Assembly: GCF_009834535.1 (NCBI RefSeq)
Contig: NC_045705.1
Location: 56,482,001-56,546,000, forward strand
Length of the DNA stretch: 64,000 nucleotides
Source: Camelus ferus
Taxonomy: Eukaryota
Reading direction: 5' to 3'
Shown here: positions 38,090-50,900 of the stretch, in pieces
Position numbering within the stretch: position 1 is the stretch's first letter
Layout: each line of letters starts with the position of its first letter
The notes under the pieces: model-generated
Databases searched by the model: none
The model's input: the letters and a program-made list of their open reading frames with translations, nothing else
What the model was told of the DNA's origin: nothing
Position numbers and translations under genes: made by a program

Positions 38090-39845
38090 GAGCCCCCTAT
38101 CCTAGCCAGGGGCCTTGGAATTGTGCCTGGCCCACAGGGGGCTTGGAGGGCCCTGCCCCTGACAAGGGTCCTCTTGAACTGAGCCGAGCCTGGAATCCAG
38201 GGATTCCTCTGCCTGACCCAGTGCTCTGCTGCTCCTGGGGCAAAGTCTCCCACCAAACCACTCGTGTGAAAAAGCCAAGACTCAGCAAAACAGCATCACA
38301 CCCCTGAGGTGCTTATGGTGAGGATCAGGGCGGTTCTTTCTGCCGCTCCTGCCCCTCCTCCCCATCCCCGTCAGTGCCATAATTCAGTCATGAGGACGAT
38401 GAAGTGGATCCAGTCTTCAGGAAACCTGTTGGATAGGGTTTACCAACGAGCCAAACACATAATGTCCGTATCCAGAGCTGGCTGCTATGCGGGTACCAGC
38501 AGGAGGATGCCTCAGTGAGGTCTGCTGCCTTTGAGCCCCCACATCTGACCCCAGCTTTCTGTCCTCCCAGCTAGAGAACGGCGTCACCCATTGCCCAGAC
38601 CACCCCAGTGGCCGTCCCCTCTCTGAGCAGCGGCTGGGCAAGTCACCCTCAGACTCTAAGGAGACCTGACCTGGTCATGCCCTTTTCTCTAAATGTCAGG
38701 ACCAGAAAACCTGTCAGCCTTGTTTCCATTTTCACTTCATGGATGGAGAAACTGAATGGCCTTAGTGCAGCCTGATACGTCTCACAAAGCCGTGGGAAGA
38801 AGAGTGTAAGGATTATACATATTCAAATGAAGCAAAATTGACAAACTCGCTTCTCAGGTCACATGTCTGCGTATTATTCATTACATTCAGGTCTGAATCA
38901 CTCCTGCGTTTGAAACATTTAAAGTGTCCTCAATGGGAGAATGGGTATAGTAACTGTATACTCACCTACCTCGTGGGATCGTGGTGAAGATCTCAGGTCC
39001 ATGCCGTGCTTTTGTTCCTTGCTCAGGGACAGGGAAGGCAGGCCGGGGATTTTTGCCTAGGTGACCTTCCCATCTTGCCTTGTTCCAGCATCTTTGCAGC
39101 ACTGCCTTAGTTTCTTAGGGCCTCTCCTGACAGTCTGGAGCCCTTGAGACAGAGATGCCCATGCCCTGGCAAACTCCAGGCCACAGTGATGTATTGTGCA
39201 TCTATTATATGTGTTTTGTCTTTGAGCAGCGACTGTGACAATGAAAATGATAACAAGAAAAGTGTAAAACAAACGCACGGAAAGGAAGGCTCACCCACGA
39301 GCTCTTTGGGCTAATGTTTGGGTCTTTGTATGTCACCAAGGGAATCCTCCTGGTTCTGGTAACTACATAATATTCTACCTTTCTCTTCTCTAAATCTGTG
39401 ACAGAAGGAGGAAAGCAGCAGGGAAGTGTAGGGAGAAAGATTAGGACCCAGCACAAAAAGCCATATATTATAAGGAAAAGGAATTAAGACTATATCTGGA
39501 CCCTTTAGAGTGACTGTTGTGTGTGGTAGAAATAATTCATTGCAAGTCTTAAGAGTATGATGTGGGAATGATTGCGTTGGAAACAAACTGCAAGGCAAGC
39601 ATATGAGAAGTATTGGTTTTGCCTATTGTGAGAGGCTACAATGTACACTTCACATACTGTCACCATGATTCTCCGATGTAGTTTCAGCTTGAAGGTAGTG
39701 ACTGGTGAGTTAGGATTGGGCAGCAAAGTAGATACAGGCAGAAGGGAAATAATTCCTGTAACAAAGAATAGCAAAAATTGTCTTTCTACCTTAATTGTGT
39801 TGGTTGTTCACAAATGAAGGAGGTGAAAACAGGCCAAAATGGAGA

Positions 39846-39851
39846 AATAAA
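39846..39851 (+). terminator. Candidate TRIM68 polyadenylation signal
   Basis: First canonical AATAAA I found downstream of the stop at 38089 (about 1.76 kb of 3' UTR). Not otherwise verified. Confidence 0.45.
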
Positions 39852-42800
39852 CTCCTGCCCACCAGGCTTCCAAGTTGCTCTTTGAGCATTAGCCGTAGAA
39901 GAGGAATGAACTGGTAAGTCACAGACCTGGTCTTGGCAAAGGGTTGAGCTGACCTACGTTAGAGGGACCGTATGTCTTTGTGTGGTGGGAACTCCCTGGG
40001 GAAGTGTGTATAGACTTGAGAAATTAGGGCATGCTTCCAGTTATATCCATGGACACTTACCAGAGGGGCTAGGGGCCGAATCAGTGTTGTTCTTGTACTT
40101 TGGTTATTTATTAGGACAAATCTTGGAAGATTCCTAGAAAAAGGATTATTAGGTGATAAATTCATTCTAACCTAGAATGAATTAAGGAATGGAATGGCTT
40201 CATTTGTAATATGCTCTTCGGGTTGCTTTCTTGTTTGTTTTATTTTGTTTTTACATTTATAAGCTGATTTGGGTGCTATGATTACTTGTTAGAAGAATTA
40301 AAAGGTTAAACACATTATATGTTATCATAATGCCTGATCTTTAAGACCAGGCAAGAAGAGCTTAAGGTCTTAAGTGTATGAAAAACCCCTTTCTCTAAGG
40401 GGGTTTCTTAGAATTCCCTTCTAAGAACTCCATGAAAGCAAGGGCCTCATTTGTCTGGTTCACCATTGTAGCCCCAGTCTAGCATATTGTATGTGTGTGT
40501 TTGTGTGTGTATGTGAAAAGTTAAGTGAAGGAACTTTCATCCATATGCCTAGAATCAAAACAAAAATCAGATCCTCTTGCTTCGTAGGGGCATGAAAGAC
40601 TGGATGCTACTTAATTTTAACCCTATTCAAAAACTGATTTGATAGATAATTACAAAAGTGGTCTGGAAAGGGAAGAGGCAGGTAACCGAGTGGAAGGGAG
40701 AATGCCCTGGAGGCAGGTGGAGGATAGAATTCTCTGGAGTGCCTAGGGTTGTAGCTCCAGCTGGGTGTGATGAGGGAAGGATGAGCTTTGCCCGTCCTTG
40801 TTTTACTGGTGGACAAACCGACGGGGTGCAATGCCTGAGGCTTGAGGGGAAAGGCCCTTCAAAGGGTAAAATGCTTGCATTCTGCAGAAGGTGGAGACAG
40901 AGGGCAAATTCTTGGGTTCACTACTCCCCAAGGAAATCCGGCCTTCCCTATTTTCAAGCAGAATTGGTTGTAATCTGAGCATCTCCTGTGGGTCCCAGGC
41001 TCTAGTCAAATGAGCACACAGTGCTTCATGTGATAGGGCAGGGTTCGTATCTGAATGTGTCGGGACAAGTCCAGGGTTTTCTTTTTGGGATAGCCATGAA
41101 AGGGAACCAGTCCACTTTGGGAAGTATGTAGTTCGATATGTGAGTATCAACGGTGGGTCCCAGCTAGTTTCAGTGAATACCATTGTGAATGAAACAGCTG
41201 GCAGGATGGCCTTCTGATGGAAATGCTGGGAAGAAATCTCTTTTGGGTGCAGGCTGGACTATCCCTTTGTCACTTTCCATCAGATTCTTTAAGGTGTCTA
41301 ACATTCTTTGACTTAATGAACACAGCCAATTCATTGGGTTGCTCGTGGAGAAAGAATAGTGTGACTTGTCAAAATGGAAATCTTATCAAATAGACTTAAC
41401 CATCTCGTGATCTTGATTTGGTTTTGTGTTGTGGGGTTGTAAGGGGAGGAGAATTTCTTTTTACTACTCTAGGAACTCATTGCATCATTATCTGATTGTT
41501 AGAGGCTGATTCCTACTTCTCTGATATTCAGAAGTAGAATACATTCAAGGTAGGTAAATAATATCAAGATTAGCAAAAAGTATAGATGCTAAGTCGTTGA
41601 GCAGCAGCTCTCTTTGGAACAGTTACTACATGAATACTGACATACACAGGACTATAGTTTTGGTGGTGCCTAGGACTACCCTCTTAAAATTATGGAATTA
41701 GGAATTTATTGGGTATATTTTTAAAGTATATACAGTAAATCAGATGTTGCATTATGTACTTTTATTCATTATTGTATTTAATCTTTAATACCTTCTACAA
41801 ATTAGCATGTTTTCCCCATCAGTAGAAAGGAGATATTAAGACTTAGAAACAGTAGCTTGCTATCAACACTTAGTAGATTGTCTTTTATTAAGATTTTCAA
41901 ATGTATCAGAGTCAAATACATGTTATCTCTTACTATGAAATCTTTTTCTTTTAATGTATACTGAATAGTCCGTGTAAGACTTTCTGAAAGGGGAAAATAA
42001 AAACAGAAACCAATGAAATAACTGATGACTTGGAGAAGAGCAGTGATATTTCAGCTTCAGGATTGTTATTGTTCTCTCTTAACCTTTTCATCCCAGGGCA
42101 TACTTCCTTAGAGGTGTCCAAAAGAAGAAATACCTGTGTTATATTTGATCTGTTTTGTATCTTGTAGTAAAATTGCACAAGCAGGACTAAGAAGCAAAGA
42201 GAAAGATGTTCAAAACCAAACTCACATTGCCTTTGCTTCTGTTGCTTAGAAACAGAAAGCTGGTTATTAGTATACTGACTCCAGCCAGCTTAGCAATAGT
42301 GGGTCTATTAAAAGGATGTAGAGATGTTTCTTACAGAACAGAATGGATGTACCTAGGTGTTCAAAATGAATTGGAACGGGCGAACCAGAGACTCAGTTTC
42401 TTCATCCCATTTTGCTAATCTGCTTCTCTTGTTGTAGAACAGATTTCTCTTTCCAAGTTGATGTGTGGGAAAATGGCCACCATCCGTGATCCCAAGTTCA
42501 TATCTCCTCAGGTAAACTGGAATCCACTTTGACTGGAGGACTCTGGTCCAGGTATGAGCACATGACCCAAGTTGAGTGGATTCATCAGTGGGCCAGAAGG
42601 CAGGGTCATAGATTAATAGTTACTTCTGTATAATCACATAAGGAGATGAACAGTTGTGAGAAAAATCAGATGTGGGGGAACCAAAGAGTTGGTTGCTTCT
42701 GCAGAAGGACTGGTAGGATACTAAGTTGGAAATGTAGGTCAGAATCTAAGGAAAGAACAACCCCAAATCTATACTCTCTCTGCCCAAACTTCAGATACTA

Positions 42801-43002
42801 GTTGATTGAAATCATCGAAGGTGTTGTCAGAAAATTAATCATTTCATACACATCCTTGTTAGAAATTGAAAAGTTAGGCAAAGAGACCCCTTATGGCTTC
42901 ATCTTAGAACTTCCGTGGCACCACGTAAACCAATAGTTCCACAGATCTGTAAGGTATCTTTGAAGTTAGCTGAAATGCTTAAGGTTTGAACATACTTTGT
43001 AT

Positions 43003-43977
43003 TCATGAACCCCGGCTGAAGTGGTCAAAGAGGCAGTGCATCAGCAAGCTCCTTGTTCGCTTTCGTATCTGTTCGGTTCTCAGGCCATAGATGATGGGGT
43101 TTAAGGTGGGTGGGATGATCACGTACAAGTCAGCTAACAGCACTTGGGTGTGCGAAGGCACTATGTCCTTCCCTAGCCAGGCCACATAGATGGATGCCAT
43201 CCCAGGTAGGTAGTACAGAGCCATAACTGCCACATGGGAGCCACATGTGCTTAATGCTTTCAACTGTGCATTCTTTGAGGAGAGACCAAATACAGCCTGG
43301 AGAATCAGATTATAGGAGGCAGTAATAAAGAACACATCAGAACCCACCATAATAGAGGACCCAGTCAGGCTGTAGAGACTACTGGGCATGGGATCAGCAC
43401 ATGCCAGCTTGGCCACAGCTATATGCTCGCAGTAGGAATGGAGAACAACACTAGAGCCACAGAAAGGTAGATGACTCACCATCCAACTCAGTGGAGTCAT
43501 AAATATGATAGCTCTGATGGTGATGGTCACACTCATTCCCAGCATCACTTGAGGTGTGAGAATCCTCTTGTAGTGTAGGGGCTTACAGATGGCTACATAG
43601 CGGTCAAAAGCCATGGCTAACAGCAGCCCCGACTCCACAGCTGTGGCTGCATGGACAAAATACATCTGAGTGAAACAAGCATTAAAAGTGATGGAGCTGT
43701 CTCCTGAGGAGAAGATGCTCACCATCTTGGGCACTACAGAGGAGGCCATAACAATGTCCACGGCAGCCAGAACACACAGGAAGCAGTACATGGGCTCCTG
43801 TAGAGTGGAATCCACCCAGATTACGGTCGCTATGAGGGTGTTTCCTAACAGGGTTATGGTATACATGACACTCAGTGAGATGGCCAGCCATAGATGTGAA
43901 GACTGCAAACCTGGGATGCCCACCAAGAAAAAGGTGCCAGGGGTTTCCATTGTATGGTTGTAGGGTGGCCCCAGCAT
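43003..43977 (-). CDS. OR52I1: Olfactory receptor 52I1/52I2-like (324 aa)
   Basis: MLGPPYNHTMETPGTFFLVGIPGLQSSHLWLAISLS...MAFDRYVAICKPLHY...KALSTCGSH...PTLNPIIYG matches recalled human OR52I1/2. The first ATG is at 43977 (the track starts at an upstream GTG). It cannot be assigned to I1 versus I2. Confidence 0.9.
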   Translation of the reverse strand: MLGPPYNHTMETPGTFFLVGIPGLQSSHLWLAISLSVMYTITLLGNTLIATVIWVDSTLQEPMYCFLCVLAAVDIVMASSVVPKMVSIFSSGDSSITFNACFTQMYFVHAATAVESGLLLAMAFDRYVAICKPLHYKRILTPQVMLGMSVTITIRAIIFMTPLSWMVSHLPFCGSSVVLHSYCEHIAVAKLACADPMPSSLYSLTGSSIMVGSDVFFITASYNLILQAVFGLSSKNAQLKALSTCGSHVAVMALYYLPGMASIYVAWLGKDIVPSHTQVLLADLYVIIPPTLNPIIYGLRTEQIRKRTRSLLMHCLFDHFSRGS

Positions 43978-45909
43978 CACAGATGAGACTGCTTTCCTGT
44001 TAATGTATAAAGTGATGTTAAGGATGCAATCCTGTAAGACTTATTTCCAGCTATGGTGTTAGGAAGTCTAATGATAGTCTCAACTCAGTGGGCCCAGAGT
44101 TAGAAAGCTGACATCTGGGCAAAGGTATCCTGCCTCTCCTCCCATCCTCCTCAATATTCTTTGCCTTACTAATTTCTGTTCGTTATTCAGAGATCATCTC
44201 GTGAGCTGCCTCCTTTGGGCAGTCTTCTCTACCTCCTCCCCCAACCCATGCTGAAACTGAATTAGGTACCTTCAGAGCTTTTATGGACTCTTGTCCATGC
44301 TGATCTCTGAGGGACCTAACTTGACAATCCTAGTACTCTACCTGTGACTTTATTGTGCTCACTTGTGTGTCTTGTTCATGGCCTTATACCTTATACCAGC
44401 CTTATAGCTGTGGTGCACAGGTCCATGGAAAGAAGGCATATGTATTCATTATAGCAAACAGTTGAATGAATGAATGAATGTGAAATCAGAGGAAAGAGTT
44501 TTCCTTTTATCTTTGTTCAATTCCAAACAATATTTAATAATTGTTGAATGAAACAGTGAACTTCCTGAGATTGAATGTGTCACACTTTGCATCTCCTTCC
44601 TCAAACTCTCACTGCCCTAATGCTGTATCTCTCAAGGCCCTAGGCTAGTGAGTCACCACACCAATTGTATGACTAGTTGACTTTACAATAGTCATATAAA
44701 GCCCAGGAACTATTTCCTAGGTGTCCAGGCAGTTTTAAATGAAGAGGGCTTATTTGCCAAGGCTCAAGACTAACCTGCCCTTAACTATCACCTCCTGTCT
44801 TTCCCCTTAGTAAGGGACTTTCAGGCTAAGAACTCTTCATATCTTTGGACACTGTCTTTACTTCACCCTTTTTGATTTTTCATCAGGCCTGGCTTCTCCC
44901 TGAAATATTGGGTAGATCAGATTGACAGAGTACTAGCCTCAGAATCCCATCAGCTGCAGTAGCATTTTCTTTGTTAACCAAGCACTAGACAAACATTTAC
45001 CTGGTTCTCAATTCTAACCAGGTGGCATGCATTTGCCTCTTCCATTAACCCCTGGAGAGCCAACCACTCACTGGCTGATTCCACTCACTCACTGATTCCA
45101 CACCCAGGTACCAACAGCAGCCTTGATGAGAGTCCCCAGAATGCCAGATTTCTGGGATGATTGCAAACTATGATCTTTATTGAAACAGACAAACCAACAA
45201 CAACAAAAAATCCCTAGACATAAGAAATGCCTTATAATGGAACAGAGTGAATAAAGTAATGAGCTCTGTTTCACGGTCAGAGGCTTGCTGTTCCACTGGG
45301 TGAAACATCAGTGACAGATCTAGAGAGGATAAGGGGAAGCTTTTTGAAGTAGAATGGTAGTAAAGAGTGGAATTATTTCATTCAGGATATCCTTAAGACT
45401 GCTGTGTGTTTCCTGGATGCAGCAAACTTCAGGTTGAGCATTATTCCTTAAAAAGCCAAAGAAGAGCCTGAGGACCCAGAATGCCTCCCCTACCCCCTCA
45501 CCTCTGATCCAGGATCTCCCTCCCACGTCACTGCCCTGCACAAATCCACATTTCTTCTGAGAGCAGTCTCAGCTGCTGCCTGCCCAGTCCTCCTCTATCT
45601 AGCCTTGGCAACTTGAAGCTAGTCATACGTTTCATTCCCTCGAGGCTTTTCCCTCATTCCTTTTCTTCTTGATTAGCAGTGCTAAAGGTTTATGTATCTT
45701 ATTAGTCCTTTCAAACAACAGGACATTTAGTTAGGTTGGTCTTTTTTTTTTTTTAATCTTCAGTCTACTGCTGCTGAAAATGTTCTTGCTAAGATCAACA
45801 ATGCTCTCCATCAGTGACATGCTGCCAATGCAGTGTTTTCATTCTTTATTTTACCTGACCTACCTAAAATATTTAACAGTATTGCCTGCTCCATGCTCAT
45901 TTTTGGGTT

Positions 45910-46040
45910 AATTTTTGATTGAAGTATAACATACATACTGTAAAATGCACAAATCTCAGGTGTATAGTTGATAAAATTTTATAAAGTGAGCACATGAACA
46001 CACCCACGTGGCCACTACCCAGGTCGAGATACAGACATAG
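45910..46040 (-). mobile_element. Old L1M 3' end
   Basis: ttgattgaagtataacatacatactgtaaaatgcacaaatctcaggtgtatagttgata...ccactacccaggtcgagatacagacat. Confidence 0.65.
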
Positions 46041-48164
46041 TTGGCTCCTGGTCGTTGAGGTGCACTGTTCTTCACAAAGGTCTGGCCAAGCTCTCCTAAG
46101 ACATTTCCAGCCCAGAACCTGCCTCTGCCTTCAACCCTGTGGAGACATTCACATGTAGACCTGGAGAGCCGATCACTAAAGAAAAGCTTAGACAAGTCAC
46201 TTCAATAAATAAACTATAGGATATGTAATGATCCTTTATTCCTATTTAAAGGATGAGAAATATGCAATTCAAATTAAAATTGTCTTAAAGGTAAAAGCAG
46301 TGATGCACAGTTCATTTGAATGGAGACTTTGTGTTTATGATAACCCAATGCCTCCTCTCTACAACCAAAACCACATGCTCCTAATCAGCCCTGCTGCTCA
46401 GTTTCTACTCTCTCAACTTCCCCTGATCCCTGAAAACTGTCTCCATCATCCCAAGATTAGACTTACCCCTCCTCTCTCAGCTTTGAACCAAAGTAGTCAT
46501 GGGTTCCCTGTTCCTTTTCTCTCCGCAATTGCCCCATCATTTCCAGAAGGTAATTTTGGTATCAGCAGTAACCCACCAGACCTGGCCAGCCCTTTGGAGG
46601 GGTTGAGGGTTTTTATCCTCCTTTCTAGGGTGACTGCATCAGCCCAGCACCCAGCCCCCAGGTCAGTTACCCACATCCCTGGAGTCTTCTCTATTTGGCT
46701 TCCTCTGGTAGTCCACATTTCTTTCATGCAAAAGGATTTATACAGGACCCTTCAGGAGGAGTGGGGAGAGCGACGCTAGATCAAAGACAACATGGAGTCA
46801 TGGTAAGGAGTATTGTCACTTCAAAGACCTCCCATTGGGAGCCCTCTTCCCCCTTTAGACTATCATCTTGCTTCTTCCCTGGACACCCCGGCTTCCCTTG
46901 GCCTCTGTCCAGCAGCCAAACAGTGTAACTCCTCCAGAGACTGATTTTTCTCTGTGCTCTGACCCCAGGGAGCTTTCCAGATTACAGGAAGAGGGAGATG
47001 CTTAGTGGATGATGAGCCTTTGTTTCTTCATGTCCTCAGATGATACATAAGAGAATATAGTGTACATTCTGAAAAGAAAACAAAAGGCCCAAAATTAGAT
47101 TTTTGGAAGCCTGATAGGTGCCAAGCACCCTGCTGAACACTTTTCAGAGATGACCTTTCAATTTTTACAACCCCCTGAACTAAGCTGCCATTATTACAGC
47201 TACATTTTTATAGATTAAATTGAGGTGCATAGAAAGTCACAAAGCTAGTAAGCCAGAGAGCCAGGATTCCAATTTTAGCAATCATAATACATTTTTCTCA
47301 GTTGAAGGACTCTGCACTGATAGCATACTTAATCTCTCAAAGTCCACTTCACCTTCCGCTTCCTCCATTCTGTCTGGGGACTCGTGTTCAGCTTCATTGG
47401 TTAGGTACTTTGCCTAGCATGGTGTTATGAAGTCCTTTTTGAACAGAGAAGGGAATAGAGCATTAGGGAGACTAAGGAAAGCTTTCAAACTGAGGGGAGG
47501 TCATGAACCTTAGCACAAAGATCTGACAAGACAAAATGTTCTCCAAACAGAAGAAGGTAGAATGCAGGGTACTTGAAAGAAAATGCAAATAAATGAGGCT
47601 AGGGGGTGTGCGGGCCATATTTTAGAGGTCCTGACTTCTCTCTGGGCATCACCATGGGGCAGGAATAAAGCTGAGATAAAGAAGCCAACGGTAAGATAGC
47701 AAGTTTTTTTTTTTATGGCAAAAGATAGAGATATATGGAAATATGAAAAGTCAGGAGATGATGTTGCATGCCCCCAGTTCCCTGAGTCCTCAGCAGAGAT
47801 ATAGTTATTAGTGATGTGAATGGGGGAGAGTCATTCTGTTGCCTTTTGGAGGGGCATGGGGTTGCTTTCTCGCCTTCCTCCACCAGCACATTTCTAATGA
47901 CCAGGGGGTAGTTGAGGTTCAACTTACTAGGCTTAGCATCCATTAGAAGGTGCAGTCTTCAAGCCTGCGAAAGAACTAGTCCCTCAAACTGCTGCACTGT
48001 GCTCATCCCCAAGGTACAAGAGGAGGCATTCAGAAAGAGACCAAAGATCTATCCTTGGGAAAGTGCCATCCAAGTGTATTAACTGGCTATTTACATTACT
48101 TGATGCAGAACATCGGTTCCCAAAACCCCTGCCCCAAATATCACTGAGATCTCTCAGGAGGTGC

Positions 48165-48685
48165 CTGCAGTAGGTACCTGATATTCATGCCCATTTTTAA
48201 TCCCCTCCTCTTGAGGTTGGGCTCAACCTAGTGACTCACTTCTAATGAGTAGAAAGCTGCAAAAGTGATGGGATTTCATTTTGGAGATTAAGTGACCAGC
48301 AGACAGTGCCTTCCATCTTGCTCACTCTTTTGCTGTCTTTGTCACTCTTTCTGAGGTCCTCAGGTAAGCCAGCTGCCGTGTTATAAGCTGCCCTATGGAG
48401 AGATCCACATGGCAAGGAAATTATGAGCCTGGAATTGGATCTTCTGAGGCTTGCCACCAGCCCTGTGTGTGAGCTTGGAAGCAAATGCTCTTCCAAGTGA
48501 ACTTTCAGATGACTGCAGTCCTGGCCAGCACCTCATTGCAACCTGTAAGACATCCTGAGCCAAAGGCACCCAGTAGAGCCACACCCAGATTCTTGACCAC
48601 CCCCATCAGAAACTGATGTAATAAATGTTGTTGTCTAAATTGCTAAATTTGAGCTAATCTGTTACACAGGAAAGATAACTAGTCG
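48165..48685 (+). mobile_element. MaLR LTR (MLT1-like)
   Basis: Typical MLT1 blocks: gtgactcacttctaat, gccctatggagagatccacatggcaaggaa, tcagatgactgcagtcctggcc, aataaatgttgttg...gataacta. Confidence 0.75.
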
Positions 48686-49959
48686 AGTCACTGACCACAT
48701 TATCTATAGTTTCACTTTTATTACAAGAGAAGAGAGTTAATGCCACCACCACTGGCCATTTTTCCTGTTGGGGGAAGTTACTTGATCATGACCATCCTGG
48801 ACCTCTGGGTCCCAAAACTTCATGGTGATTGATGTGTGGGGAAGATGACCCTTTCTTGCTGCTAATGATCTGATACTGCTATTCCACTAAAAACTGAGAG
48901 GCAGACATCAAGGCAGTGTTGCTTGTGACATGGTATGTCAGGATTTATTTAAAAACCTCTGTGCATGGGATCCACATACATATCCAGAGGGATGGAGAGG
49001 GGACAGATGCAATTAACAGCCTTCAGGTTGTCCAAACTAAATAACCTCTCATTCAACATACCTGCCTTCTATTCCTATTAGGAGATATTGTCTAGATGAT
49101 CTTCACTGGCATTCTGCAGGCACAAGCAGAATACTTTTGGAACATCTGACTGTTCAAATCCTTGACTGAGGATCTGCTTCTGAGAAAACACAATCTAAGG
49201 CAGTGGCATTCTTGCCTTATTCCTGATCTTCATGGTAATGCTTTACTGTTTCTCCCTTAAGTAAGATGCTGGCTTTAGGAATTAAGTACACATATCACTT
49301 ATAATCAGTTCTTATTTGAATGCTTTATGAGCAATTGATGTCAAGAGCCTTTTTAACATCTTTGGAAAGAAGCATATTGTGTTTCTCCTTTGATTTATTA
49401 ATGCGGTGATTTATATTAAAGGATTTCCCATAACTGAACCATACTTCAATTCATTGAATAATCTCACATGGTCATGGGGTATTATTTTCTTAATGTGGTT
49501 GGAGTCTGTTTGCTGATATTTTAGTTAGTCTTTTTGTATCAATACTTATAAGGAGGTTCAGCTTTAGTTTTCCTTTTCTGTGCAATATTTCTTAGGTTTA
49601 GCCATTAATGGAACACTTCCTTTGTAGGAAAAAAAAAATGGGTGTTTTCTTCTTTCTCTGCAAATTTCTTTCTCTCTTTTTTTCTGTGAGTCCCCTGTGA
49701 AATTATCTGAACCTATTGTTTTTTTTTTCAGAGAGGAATTCTTAGCTTTATTTCTTTCATGCAGATTTGTTTGTGCTTTCTACATCTGCTGGTATCAGTT
49801 TTGAACAAACGTATTGGATTGCATTGTACTGTATTGTACTGTAAGCAACTTCACCCAGGTTTTCCAACTTATTGCTTAGAATTGTGTGAATCTAATCATT
49901 TTTATTTTATCAGTTTCACTGGTTACTTCCTCTTGTTATTTCTTTTTTTAACTCATTTT

Positions 49960-50900
49960 TTTTTAAATGAAGTATAGTTGACTTACAATGTCATGTTAGT
50001 TTCAGGTGTACAGCATAGTGATTCAGCTATATATATACATTTTTTTTCTCTTTCTCAGATGTTTCCCATTATAGGTTATTACAAGATACTGAATATAGTT
50101 CCCTGTGCTATAGATTAGGTCCTTGTTGCTTGTCTATTTTATATATAATAGTGTGTATCTTTTTAATCTGAAACTCCTACTTTATCCCTCCCTCACCCCT
50201 TTCCCCTTTGGTAACAATAGTTTGTTTTCTATGTCCATTAGTCTGTTTCTGTTTTGTAAATAAGTTCATTTTTATTATTTTTTTAGATTCCAGATATAAG
50301 TGATATCGTATGATATTTCTCTTTCTCTGACTTATTTCACTTAGTATNNNNNNNNNNNNNNNNNNNNNNNNNNNNNNNNNNNNNNNNNNNNNNNNNNNNN
50401 NNNNNNNNNNNNNNNNNNNNNNNNNNNNNNNNNNNNNNNNNNNNNNNNNNNNNNNNNNNNNNNNNNNNNNNNNNNNNNNNNNNNNNNNNNNNNNNNNCAA
50501 GTCTTGGTTTTTGTAAATAGTGCTGCTATGAACATTGAGGTGCGTGTATCTTTTCAAACTAGAGTGTTTTTGTCTTTTTGGATATATGCCCAGGAGTGGG
50601 ATTGCTGGCTCACATGATAACTCTATTTTTAGTTTTTTAAGGAACGTCCATACTGGCTGCACCAAACTACATTCCTACCAGCAGTGTAGAAGGGTTCCCT
50701 TTTCTCCACACCCTCTCCAGCATTTATTGTTTGTGGATTTTTGAATCATGGCCATTCTGACTGATGTGAGGTGATACCTTATTGTAGTTTTGATTTGCAT
50801 TTCTCTGATAATTAGTGATATTGAGCATTTTTTCATGTGCCTGTTGTCCATCTGTCCATCTTCACTAGAGGAATGTTTAGGTCTCCTGCCCATCTTTGCA
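49960..50900 (-). mobile_element. 5'-truncated L1 (ORF2 C-terminus plus 3' UTR)
   Basis: Minus-strand ORFs give [39 protein letters not shown] and [29 protein letters not shown] (L1 ORF2). Poly-T at about 49960. Older L1 fragments continue at 49200-49950. Confidence 0.93.
50348..50497. other. N run (150 nt)
   Basis: Undetermined bases inside the L1. Confidence 1.

Noticed and set aside
46228-46779. 183-aa ORF
   Set aside because: No recognisable domain, low-information composition and no supporting splice or promoter evidence.
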